DNA from: Lingula anatina
Lineage: Eukaryota > Animalia > Brachiopoda
DNA length: 64,000 nt
Direction: 5' to 3'
NCBI GenBank assembly: GCA_051362555.1
Contig: CM120640.1
Location: 17,298,001 to 17,362,000 of the forward strand
Positions 1 to 12,054 of this stretch are shown piece after piece. A model generated the notes under the pieces. The model saw only the letters and a list, made by a program, of their open reading frames with translations. It was not told the origin of the DNA and did not search any database. The translations under genes were made by a program, and so were the position numbers. The number at the start of each line of letters is the position of its first letter. The stretch's first letter is position 1.

Positions 1-1212
1 GCAAAATCTGTAGTCAGTGCTCAGAATGTGGAGTGAGCAAAATCTGGTTAACAAACTTGGCTATCCCATATTTTCTCTGTGTCCAGAGGATGAAAGAAGT
101 GAGCAATGATTATGTAAAGCAGTAACCAGGTAAAACTTCACCTTAAGTCAGTAGAATCTAATAGAATCAGCAGAATGTGCTGAGTCAGCAAAAGTAGATC
201 AAAATGAATCAGCAAAATCTGCAGTCAGTGCTCTGAATGTGGAGTCAGCAAAATCTGGTTAACAAACTTGGCTGTCCCATATTTTCTCTGTGTCCAGAGG
301 ATGAAAGAAGTGAACAATGATTATGTAAAGCAGTAACCAGGTAAAACTTCACCTGGTTATAGCTAGGTCACAATCAATTGAATGTTATGCAATGTTAGGA
401 TCCACATGTTTTTTACAATATTCATCATCATTAACTATGGTTTGGTTAATCCTGACAAGCCATTGTGCTCTGCACCATGTACTTCACCTCCAACAATTGC
501 AGTTGTAGTGTAGAAAACTACTGCATAGTCACTGTAGTTAGATTTTTTAATTTAAATTTATTCCCTGGGAAAACCCCCTCTGCTGACAAACGTAGTCGCA
601 CTCCTAGCCAGGGAGGTTTCGGGGTCCGTAAAGGTCCCAGGGGCCAAGAAAAGGTCCCCTCTGGGTAATATTTTATACACCATTTCATGGGAAAAGGTCA
701 GAAAAGAACACCCTTCTTGAAATTCCTGGCTACGGGCCTGGTAGTCTTTTGTCAGTCACGGTAAAATATATCAGTAAGTAAGTTGAAGCAGCATGTGACA
801 GCCGTTACCGTAGTAGTGCCAATAGAATAAGAAGTTAGATGAATATGAATCGGCAAAATCTGTAGTCAGTGCTCAGAATGTGGAGTCAGCAAAATCTGGT
901 TATCAAACTTGGCTGTCTCATATTTTCTCTGTGTCCAGAGGATGACAGAAGTGAGCAATGATTATGTAGAGCAGTAACCAGGTTAAACTTCACCTGAAGT
1001 CAGTAAAATCTGATGGAATCAGCAGAATATGCTTAGTCAGCAGAATAAGATGAATGAGCAGCAGCAAAATCTGTAGTCAGTGCTCAGAACATGTAAGCAG
1101 AGTCAGCATAATCTGATCAAAATACTTGGCTGTCCCATAACTTCTCTGTGTCCAGTGGACGGTAGTCTAATTGAGCAATGTAGAACAGTTACCAGGTAAA
1201 ACTTCACCTGGT
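1..1212. repeat. ~211-bp tandem repeat, 4 copies in two pairs (about 1, 212, 853, 1064)
   Basis: The unit gcaaaatctgtagtcagtgctcagaatgtggagt...aaacttggctgtcccatattttctctgtgtccagagg...gtaaccaggtaaaacttcacc recurs four times with 211-bp spacing inside each pair. The 4th copy is the most diverged. Confidence 0.9.
560..740. mobile_element. Partial hAT-like MITE fragment between the repeat pairs
   Basis: GC-richer block ending in cctggctacgggcctg (a ...CTG terminus, reverse complement CAGGCCCGTAGCCAGG). The matching left end was not found. Confidence 0.35.
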
Positions 1213-1663
1213 TACAGGTCACAGCCAGTTGAACACTACTCACAACACTATATATACTGGCACACAGTTACTCTCATGCAGAACAGTACATGTCTATAGT
1301 ACATGCCTAATGATTATTAGTTTTCTTTTGTCTAGAGAGAGAGATAAGTGTCTGGAATTGTTTTTCTTTGAGAATTAAAAACTAAAATAAACAACAGTGC
1401 AACTTAGCATCAAATTAAGCAGATTTAGAGATTTAATGGAGAGAAGGATCAGAGGCTACTTCCCTTTATATAACGGGAATGTTTCTCATCTTAACTCCCC
1501 ACCATCATTACCCCCTGCACCAGTAATACTGGCATCTATACTTCCCAGCAGTTTAGATTTTCTGGTGAAAATTCAGAATGTGATAATAAAACATTTATCT
1601 TAATTTCAGATTCTCTGGCTGCCTAAATGAATTGCCTGGTGATATTTCTCCCCTTATTTCAAC

Positions 1664-4600
1664 ATGACTGACCTAAGTCTAAGGAAGCAGAAACTGGTGA
1701 AAGAACTTCATGGCATCTTCTCTCTTGTTGAGCAACATGTCCTTGAGGACTTGGTCCATAACATGTGTACTCAATACCCAGAGTCAGATGATAAGGAGAT
1801 TCTGTTCATTTGCTCAAATCATTTGCTGAACAACATTGCCATGGAAACTGATGACAGTAAGTATAATTAAGCCTTCATAAAACGGCCTCAGAAATATTTT
1901 TGCCTATTGAATACTGAACAGTTGCATCAGGTAAAATAATAGTTGGGTGATTTTTAAACATTTAGTGTCTTTCGTTTTTTAGCAACATCACTAGCCCAAG
2001 GTTTATCACAATTAAAGGAATGATCCTGATAAACATACATTGAGTTATAAAATAATATTGTGATGAATACAGATTGTGTGACTAACATTGCTGGTATTAC
2101 TGATTTTTATTTAGGTAATTCCAGTAGTGCCAATACAGTTGTAAAAGAATGTGGGCAGAAACAACAAGTGGATGAGGTGGTAAGTGTAAATAACTTAGGC
2201 AGTATTCAAAGAATACTTTTATGTACACTGTATGCTATTTTATTTGATTGGAATATTTTTGACGAGGAGTTCATTGGAAAAGTTTTTACTAAGAAATTGG
2301 TGTTGTGCCAATTCTTGGGCACTAAGAAGAAAAATATATTTAAAAATAGTTGTTGAGTTTCAACATGTGTTTTGTGCTGTATTGGTATTAAGTGTTTTAT
2401 CATTTTTTCCTCAGTTGTCCATATTCCCAGACGCTGACCAAGGGTGGATCCTGCAGCAGTTAACTATAAACGCAAACCACAGGGGTTTTGATGTGCAAAC
2501 TTTGATCAACAGAATGCTGGAGAACAAATATCCAAAGAATTTAAAACCCCCACACACTGGAGCAGCCTCTCTGAAGCCAGCGCACTCAACTAGTGAACAA
2601 AATTCAGAAGCACACAAGAGACTTGTAAGTGGTTTAAATTTAGCTGCTAACGAACCCGGTGTGGTTGGTGCTTCTGTTGTGCCTGACAAACCAAACACTG
2701 TGCAGGACTCAGCTTCTCCAGCATGGGGGAGGACAGGTCAAATGATGTCCAGTGATGTCCAGATTCCAAATGATGTCCAGTTACAGGCTGGAAGCAGTGG
2801 TGCGAGTTTGTCATCCCCTGCAACCAACAACAAAGAAAGAATGGGCAGGAAAAGCTGGAGGCAAGAGGGGCATTCCCCAAAGCGCATATTGGAAAATCAG
2901 GGCCAAGAGCATGCCTTTAAACATGGTTCAGAATCAACCTTGATTAGAAAAAGACTGAAAGTGAAACCACACACGCCTGTATCATCTTCATGTGGGAAAA
3001 ATACTGAGCAGTCAGCAAACTTACAGATGGATAGTAGTTTGCACCTTGGTCAGCCATCTAATGGTCATCAGAAGAGTGATGAGTTCGGGTCATTATTCCA
3101 GTCATTATTCCCTCCACATAAGCATAAGGTTCCAAGTGCCAACAATAATACCACCGTTTTAAAGCAAAGAGAAGTAATGCAGCAAATGAAAAGGTTACAG
3201 GAAATATTATCTTCACATGAAAGCCCTTCTTTGCACCAAAATTCTGCTTGGCATAGAATTTTTACTCCGCAGAATGCACCAACATCATCTAATTCCACTC
3301 ATGGACTACCCTGTTTACATCACAGTCAAAGACAACATCACCATTCTACTGCTGAGAAATGCACCCTTACTCCAGATTGCAATTGCCTGGTTGGCAAGAA
3401 AAAACTTGTTAAGGGGCTATTTGATGGGAAGTCAAATCAGTGTTCGCCTATGAGAAGAACAATGCCAGTTGGGGCCGAGAGTGGAAGTCAAAGACCTGCG
3501 ACCAAGCCACTGAGGTCAGAGGCAGAATTACAAGGGCTAAAGGTCAGACCACCAAGGTTGGAGAATTCGACATCTTCGGCAGGGCCTAGCACTAGTAGGT
3601 CAGTTAGCTCAACAATAAACCCCAGTCGTTCCAATGAGCAGCATGACAATGATCCCAAAGAAAGCCTGTTGAGTGAAAGCCGAAATCTAAGGTCGGAGAT
3701 CAGATTACAAGGTGGGAAAGACGTGCCACCTAGGCATAAGAATTCAACATTATCATTAGCAGCATCCAGTACTAGTAGATCAAACAGTCAGATAATTGAA
3801 CAGAGAGGTTTTGATGAACTGAATGATAGTGATTCCAAGGACAGTTTGTTTTCTCTCGAACCATCTTCTGCTGAATCATCTTCAGATGATGACTGTCTCC
3901 CTGATCTTGAACCACAGAAAGGGGCATCAACCACCTCAAAAGTGAATCATGCACCTGCGGGTGCAAATCAGAGGTCTTTAGGCAGTCAAGTGGCCAAAGG
4001 ACACAACTTTGATAAAAGCGATATTTTTTCAACCATAAGTGTTCCCAAAGCAAGTGTCATGCACAATGTGCCTGGCATACAAAATGAACCTAGTAGTAGA
4101 AGTCCACGCTCTTTTGTAGTACTTGATCTTACAGAGGATGATGGCACTACCATGACAGTGGAAACAACTGATATGGTACATGTAAGTGGAAGTCATCTGT
4201 TGGCAGGGCAAGAAAAATCTCCACTGGTAGATAAAGAGAGCAACAGTAACCAAATAGATGGTGTGGCAGGAGTTGACAGAGCTGGTGGTGAAAGTATGAT
4301 ACAAGAAGATGCTGAATATGGTAGTGATGATGGGAATATATCACCTCTGGATCCAGGTATTGGCAGTATTTATGTTTTTCTCCCCCCTCTCTGTGTCACA
4401 TTCTGTTTTACAGTTTTCATTATGATTGTTGTCCTGGAAGAAAACCAAGAGATTGAATAAGGTTTGGAAATGAATGTAACTTATGTCTGAATGTTTCTTG
4501 CATATTTTCTTGTACCTGAAGCAACATGTTGAGTTTTCACATTTCATCATGATTCTAGATTCCTTTGAGATGCCGTGTGAGAGTTGCAGTAGGAGGGAGG

Positions 4601-7600
4601 CAATTAAAAAACTGATCCAGTGTTTTGATGGTCACCTTTCCTGTGCCAGGTGTGTACAAGATGAGGCCAAGGAAGCAATTACCGGAGATAAAAAGGTAAA
4701 GTGTTTGATATTTTTCATTGCCAGTAATTTCAGTACTATATATAGATAAATGTGCATTTTAAAAATAATGTACCCTTTGCCAAATATTTAAGTTCCTCTG
4801 ATAACACTATTTATACTAGTAGTTTCATAAATATTATTAAGACTTTTTGTGAAAAAAATACCTGGCTTTTACAAAAATAACCATTCAAAAATGTTATATT
4901 AAAATATCTATGCTCAGGGATCAAGACTATATTGACCTGTTCATTCATAAACTCTTAAGAACTCATTTCTCGCTAAGTATAACTCATTACCTGCATTGCT
5001 TTTCAGGGTTTATTGAAATGCCCTAAGGATGGTTGTGATTGTCTAATGCCAAAAGGTGAGTATATTTTTGTTGCTTGCAAATTATTGTATTGTTGACAGT
5101 AATGTAAGCTACTTTTAATAATTATAATCGATAAGGTAAATGTACAAAATGTTAACTGCTTTTCTGCCAGGTTGCTTCTCAATTTATACTTAGCAACAAT
5201 TTTTTGGCACATAGCAAGCATTTAGTCCAGCAATCTGTCTTTTTACTACATATAATTACAAATAAAATATTAGGTTTTGGAATCGTGGTTATTAAAATTA
5301 TTGAATTTTATGTTATAAGAACATAATGCTTTGGACATTATTTGTCATGACAATTAAATAACATGAAGAAAAACATATAATTTACCTGACTGAAATGTTT
5401 TGTAGAATTGCTAACATCTGTGCTGCCCGAGATGGTGTTGGACCTGCTGGAAGAACAGAGACTGAAAGCAGAGAGGGAACAAATTGTTTGTATGGATGGC
5501 ATAGTTCAGTAAGTATCATAGATAACACCTGCTGGGTAACAAAATACTCTTATTATGAAACAGGTTTAGGGTAAATTTCATGAGTTGAAAAATATGTTTT
5601 GATAACTCTTTGTAGATAAAATTATTCTGATGATAAGCAAGTTGACGAGTAGAAAGTTGATAAAAGCAACATGCATTTTATGGACAGAAATTGATTGATT
5701 TACTCTATATGCTATGGTATGTCCTGCCTAATTCTTGTTAGGCATTGTAGTTTTACTTCACAATAATAAAAAGGTTTTGTTTATCTTTGAAACAATCAAA
5801 AGTTTTTCAGAAATCTAAATATTGGTAATTTTTAAATTGTGTTATTCATATCAGTGTGCAGTTGCTTTTCATTTGATATTATTATTCTTCATCAGGATGG
5901 ACACATTTTTTGTATAGGCTTGCATTGTTTTAAATAGAGGCAGTGCAATGCTTTATTGCATTTGTTACAGATGTCCATTTTGTGAATATGCAGCAGAGTT
6001 GGATGCAGCTGTGAGGGTGTTTGCTTGCCAGAACACTGGTTGTTTTAAGGTATGAAAATGCTTAAACACAATTGAAAGTATAATAATAGTTAAAGATAAT
6101 TAAAAAAATATTTTTAAAAAATTAAAATACATAAAATCTAATATATTTATTTTTATTTAATTATTTAATTTTTTTGAGTGACAACCATTTTCAGAAGGTA
6201 TTTTAATGAAGTTAAGAAATAGTTTATTAATTGATAAGAGCATTTTGTAAACCATTTTAATGCTTTAAATGATAATTTAATTACATACAGTAGCAGTGTA
6301 ACTAAGTTTTCAATGGGATATTTTAGCAGCTGAAAATGTGGTAAATGAGGCTGGTTTTCCATTTTAGGAAAGCTGCAGATACTGCAAAAGTGAAATGTCG
6401 ATTGGAAACCACACAAACTGTGGCAATGCCCAGCACATACCAGTGAATGAAGCTGGAACTACCAGAGAACCTGACACCTGGGAGGAAGCTGATACAAAAG
6501 AGAAGGTAGACATTTCTAACATAGTTAATACCATAGTAGAGGTCAGGAACAAAAAACCCAAATATGGGGAGCCTTGCCTATATATACGCTAAACATGAAT
6601 GCCTGTTATACTACACCACATTGAGTCTTTAGATCTCAACTTCTTCCTTGGTGTTAGCTACATTGCTTGTCTTCTTTGCACTGGTGTATATTGCATTCAC
6701 CTCACAGACTCTTGGTTTATCAAGTTAAAAAGTTTTAGAAAAAAAGTTGCATTGTTTGTTCATCGTAATATCATGTACATGTAATTTTCCTGTGAAAAAT
6801 TGCCATCCTGTTGAGAAAGAAGACTGAAGTGTTTTTATCTTTGGAAAAATAAGATTCCAGTAGGTAGTAATGTCATTACTTTATAATTTTAAAAAATCCT
6901 GGTTAATTTCTTTAATTAGGTAGATTTTTTTATTTGGGATACAGTTGCAGTTTAAGTTAAGGTCATTGAAGCCAGTGTTGGATGAGTTTCTTTGTTAACA
7001 TAGAATTGAAATGATTGTCTTATGATGAGTAACATTAAAATACATCTTGTGCATGGTCTTGGCAGGGCTTTGCATTAGTCCCAGTGGAAAAATCTAAAGA
7101 AGAATATAAAAAAGTGGAAAAATTGTTCTTGCGAACTCTCCCGAGATGCACTATTCTGTCCATTCAGAGGTTACAGAATCCAAAACTATGGCAAACGTAT
7201 AGTCTGTAAGTTGTTACTATATTTAGCAGTTAATTATTTAATCAGCCTTCGGACTTTCAATAATATCTAACACATTAGAATACATAAAAAAAAAATTTGT
7301 GTGTATATGTGTATATTGTAAAAGATGGACCCATTTAAGGTAAACTTCTAAGATGATCTGTCAGTTAAAGGTATCATGCCTGTTACTCAAAAATACCAAC
7401 TTGAGACTGTTGATCTTTAGAGTTGTAGGGTTATTCTGCTTCAATCAACAATGTGCACAAAAACAAATGTGCAACCCAAAGATGTGTGTATTGCATGTAC
7501 TAAAATGCAACCTATGTGCATGTTTTCTTCAGTCAGAGGACACATATGCTGGAAGAAAATGGACTACAGAACCTTAATGAGATGAGGCTGTTTCATGGCA

Positions 7601-9213
7601 CACATCAGGCAAATATTGATGCAATTTGCAGACAAAACTTGGACTGGAGACTGTATGGGAGGAATGGATCTGTATATGGACAAGGTATTTAACAGTGCAT
7701 ATCTTAAGGAACAGTGCATATCTTAGGGGTCGTCAATATCTGTATATATGGACAAGGTATTTAACAGTGCATATCTTAGGGGTCGTCAATAAAACATTCC
7801 TGTACATTTGGTTACACTCAAAGTGAATTGAAAACCAAGATCACTCAATAGTGTACTACCCCCTACTGCTCGAGGAGGCGTGTCTTTCAGTTTATCTAAC
7901 TGGTATTCAGCAAAAGTCCAGGTGGAATTGGTTCAATAAATGTAGAAGGATAGTTTTATTAGGAATGCCCCCTTATATGCTACTGAACCATTATGCCATT
8001 AAGTTTAAAAAAGCATAATTACACAGTGTATTTATGTGTATGTAATATTTGTTTGGGCTAAAGGGTAGAATTAAGGTATATTTGACTTTGTTTTCCAGGC
8101 ACATATTTTGCCAGAGATGCCAGTTATTCCAACAAGTATAGTTTTCCTTTTCATGGTGCACATGGCTTGTCAACGTTAATCAGAAAAGTCAGAAGTGGGC
8201 ATGGCTTCAGGCATGGAGTTACAGCAAACAAAATATTTACACAGACCAACCAAGGTCCTCTGGTGGTTAATGGTATTGCACAAACCAACCAAAATGTGGG
8301 TTCCAATCCTAGTGCTATGCAGACAAACCAAGGAACAATTTCTAATCATGGATTTATGCAGACCAACCAGGGTGCAGCTGTCAATTCTGGATTTGTGCAG
8401 AACAACCAGGGTGCAGCTGTCAATTCTGGATTTGTGCAGAACAACCAGGGTGCAGCTGTCAATCCTGGATTTGTGCAGAACAACCAGGGTGCAGCTGTCA
8501 ATTCTGTATTTGTGCAGAACAACCAGGGTGCAGCTGTCAATTCTGGATTTGTGCAGAACAACCAGGGAGCAGTTTTTAATTCTGGATTTGCACAGACCAA
8601 TCAGGGAGGAGCTTTTAATTCTGGATTTGCACAGACTAACCAAGGTGATAGGTTTTCACTTCTGTTAGGGTTGCCCCAGGGTCAAAGAGATGCAAGACAA
8701 GGCAATGCAGTTGCGACAGATGCGAACAAGCAAAGCCATATGGCCAATCTCCAAGGAAGAAATATCCCTAAGGGATACACATTAAGTCTTCCTTCACCTG
8801 GCATGTCTCAGCAGTCTGCTTCTACATCTGCCAACCATGCTGGACCCTCAGGCCTTTCTTCTGGTAGCAACAGCCAGACAATATCACTGGGGCAGGCGTT
8901 TCATGACCTTTTCCAGCAGTCTGCAGCACGTTTCCACACCAGGCAACAAGCCACAGCCGTTGCTGCTGTTCACCATGGAAACATGGGGCAATGTGAGACA
9001 GAGACCGGAGGGCCTAGGTATATGTTTGTGGTACGCGTCCTTGTGGGGAGATACACTAGGGGAGATATATCCATGAGGAGACCACCCCCAATCCCTGGTG
9101 ATCCGCATAATAGTCAGTATAATTCATGTGTGGACAATCCGAATGACCCCACCATTTATGTGATCTTTGAAAAGTCTCAGTGTTACCCGGAGTATATCAT
9201 TGAATACAAGTAG
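1664..9213 (+). CDS. RNF216-like CUE/RING1/IBR fused to TiPARP/PARP12-like mono-ADP-ribosyltransferase (11 coding exons)
   Basis: Phase-compatible GT-AG exons at about 1664-1856, 2115-2179, 2415-4357, 4559-4695, 5007-5055, 5406-5508, 5971-6049, 6368-6504, 7066-7205, 7533-7684, 8099-9213. RING: CESC..QCFDGHLSCARC..CPKDGC. IBR: CPFC..CQNTGC..CRYC..HTNC. PARP motifs: IQRLQNPKLW, LFHGT, YGQGTYFARDASYS, YMFVVRVLVG, SCVDNPNDPTIYVIFEKSQCYPEYIIEY. Confidence 0.85.
8239..8646 (+). repeat. 39-bp coding tandem repeat (about 10.5 units of xQ(T/N)NQGAAVNSGF) inside the PARP domain
   Basis: Near-identical units gtgcagaacaaccagggtgcagctgtcaattctggattt in the centre, degenerate at both edges. Confidence 0.95.
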
Positions 9214-9559
9214 TTTCAGATGTATATGGATGTGGTATGAAAAAAGTGTTAGGTAATTACGGAAACAGGATTTCATGTTACATATTCAGATAAATACTTT
9301 TATTCACTTAATTTGCATGGATCATATGCAACATTTAATCAGATTAAGATTTTAACTCAAATGTTACATCATGACTTTTAACTTTCTTCATACATGTGGG
9401 AGGATATTATCATAAATGTTATACCTTTGCAGTGTTCATACAGGTTTGAAAGTGCTTTAATTTAGCTTTGCTCCCTATATTCAGTATACAGCCTTAAAAA
9501 GAGTTTGAATTTATCACCTTGTCATCATCAAGACCAAAATGTGTAAGGCCTTAGGTGCA

Positions 9560-10420
9560 CCCAGGCTTTGACATCTGCTCTCCATTTCACACTAGCTTAA
9601 TTTTGCCACCTTGCCTCCTGTATGATGCAACTTGTCCATTCCCTGATGTCATCCTTTGGGTCCTCATAGGCATCCCTTGAAACTTTTTTCTGCTGTAGCA
9701 GCTTTGAATTAAAAATTCTTTTGACATCTCTTTTTATTTGATGTCCAAAGAACCTTAGTTTTCTCTCCATGATAGTATTTATAAAAGGATTAGGGGTCTT
9801 AGAGTCCTAGTAATTTTGGTCTTTTTTCTGTCCAGCTGATACCCAGCAATCTCCTTTAATTTAAAAACCATGATCTTTTTCTTCATTTTTTTTCTGATAA
9901 AATCCAACTCTTGCACCTGTACATTAAATGCACTTAAAACGCATTGAGCTCATTAGTTGGATCTTGTATATATTAGATGAATTTTCCTCACTCTCCAGTT
10001 TTGCCAATGCACTCTTAACTGCTCCAAATCTTCTTTTTAACTGTAACTCACTTATTGCATTTTCAGTGAAGGTAGCACCTAAGTGTTTGAATTCTTTGAC
10101 ATGTTCTAGGTCTTATCCATTCAGTTGTACTTTTTGGTGTTTACAATGCCCTAGCTTACCTGTAATCATAGCTTTACTTTTCTCTGCACTTATTTCCATG
10201 AAATATTTCTTTGATGTTGAATCTAATCTGGCAGTCAAATTCAAAAGTTCCTCCAGATCCTGTAATTTCAAACCTCTTTCATTGTACCAGTACCTACTCC
10301 ATATTTTCCTGCAATGCTTTCCCAATTTTCATTCTGCATGTAACAAATCTTTGCATTCCAGTCACCTTGTAAATCATCACCTTGGAATTTTGTCAAAAAA
10401 ATTTTAATTTGGCAGTTTCT
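9560..10420 (-). mobile_element. Degraded non-LTR retrotransposon (RTE-like) reverse transcriptase C-terminal fragment
   Basis: The minus strand reads MEISAEKSKAMI..VQLNG*DLEHVKEFKHLGATF..AVKSALAKLE and later RKLRFFGHQ. These match typical late-RT motifs (I(N/S)xxKTKxM, FxYLGS, LRWFGH), and the frame contains stops. Confidence 0.75.
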
Positions 10421-12027
10421 GACAGTAATTTGCTTAAAGACAATAACTTTCGGAAGAGAGGTTTACCTTGTTTTGGACATTATGTTATTTTATTCTTTTC
10501 ATAATTCACAGTACTTCATAAATTGTTTCATCACTGTGTAAAAATGCAAAGCTCACATGGTGTCTTTTTTTCCCTCTTGTATGTACACGTATAGTGTAAA
10601 GTAGTACATATTTATTTATAATATTTCACTATGTTTAGGCAGAATGTTAGGCCTATCCTTTGTTCCTTTATTTATGGTTATATTATGCTTAAATTGTATG
10701 GAATAAATGGATTGGCATTTATAAAAAGTTGTGTACTATTTTTAAAGCTTTTAAAAAGATTTTTTCAATAGTCCCAGCAAACCAGAAAATTCAATTTATA
10801 TCAGGAACACTGGTCTTTAAGACAATTTACAAATGACCCGTCACTATTAACTAAATCATTGACAAACCTGACCTCTGCCTTAATACAATGTTTGTAAAAA
10901 GTTTTCTTTAGAAGGTGGCTATTAAGAGATTATTTCCACTGTCAAATGTTATATTGTCAACTCCACCCATGCATTTACAAAAAATTACAACTTCATCCAA
11001 ACTTAATTGATCAAGATAATTTTCGAACTAGTACTATGAATCAGTCCTGCAAGTTATAAAGCAAAATGTGACATGGTTTTCATGTTATTTGTATAACAGT
11101 AGATGAAATATGCTGAAAAAGAGAAAAAAAAAACAGCAAAACTTTATGGAAAAATGGTCTGATCAAGCTGATTTTTGAAGTCCACTTGTATTTTATAAAT
11201 ATTCATGAGTTTCGTAAGTTTGAAGACCAAAGGTAAAACGATTTTCCACTCATCTTGTTATCACTGAAATTGCATGGGAACGACAGAGATGACAAACGCA
11301 GGTGATGGCTCCCATCTCCCATGAAAATGCACAAATTCCCAGACTTCAATAGTAACTTTTCTCATCATTTCTTTGGTTTGGGAAATATCAAGCATTTTAT
11401 TTTTTATTTTTTAATTTGGACAGGGGTGCATTGTGACTAATGCCATACCATACTAGTGCCGTACTAATGCCATACCTAGGCCAGTGCACTGACAGTGCCC
11501 AAAATTTAAGTGGATCAAGTTGTGACCTAAATCCAATAGAGGTATTCTTTAAATGGTCATATACATTGGCTACTCAATATGTTACCAGTAGATTATTCTT
11601 CATTGTGATGATCAACTCATTTTTGCCAAAAATAGTTACTTTATTATACTTGTTATTCATGCCCCTAAGACATTAAACAGACAGACTTGTTAGGATAAAT
11701 GTTATACACTTGATTATACAATAGTACAAATTAATAGCAATAGTAATATTACTAGGTGTTTTTAAAAATCATTTTTCTGGAATATAAACATGGACTTTTA
11801 TCAATTATAAGATATCGATAGCAAGTTACCTAATATTTTTCAAGGCAACCTTTCAATATCCTGAATATATTACAAAAGACATGTTAATAAGAAAATGGTA
11901 AAAAAAAGTAAAATGTAGAGATTGTTCAGATAAACCTATCACACTTGCTGGATCAATCCAAGGAGATTTTCCCAAAGTGTAATCACTGTAATCGCCCTTA
12001 ATGCCTAACACTCCTCCTCTACTTGCT

Positions 12028-12054
12028 TGGGGGGGGGGGGGGGGGGGGGGGGGG
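12028..12054. repeat. poly-G tract
   Basis: Run of about 26 G. Confidence 0.9.

Noticed and set aside
2232-4460. 742-aa ORF as a standalone gene with terminal transmembrane segments
   Set aside because: The hydrophobic ends are read-through into introns. Splice sites at 2415 and 4357 delimit a single exon.
8239-8646. Regularly spaced repeats as a CRISPR-like array
   Set aside because: There are no unique spacers, the repeat is in-frame coding, the context is eukaryotic and there are no cas genes.
8176-8668. Overlapping ORFs in several frames and both strands across the 39-bp repeat
   Set aside because: They arise because a stop-poor unit with length divisible by 3 is repeated. Only the frame continuous with the PARP motifs is supported.
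12028-12054. poly-G as a functional G-quadruplex
   Set aside because: Simple homopolymer with no supporting context; its length is unreliable in assemblies.
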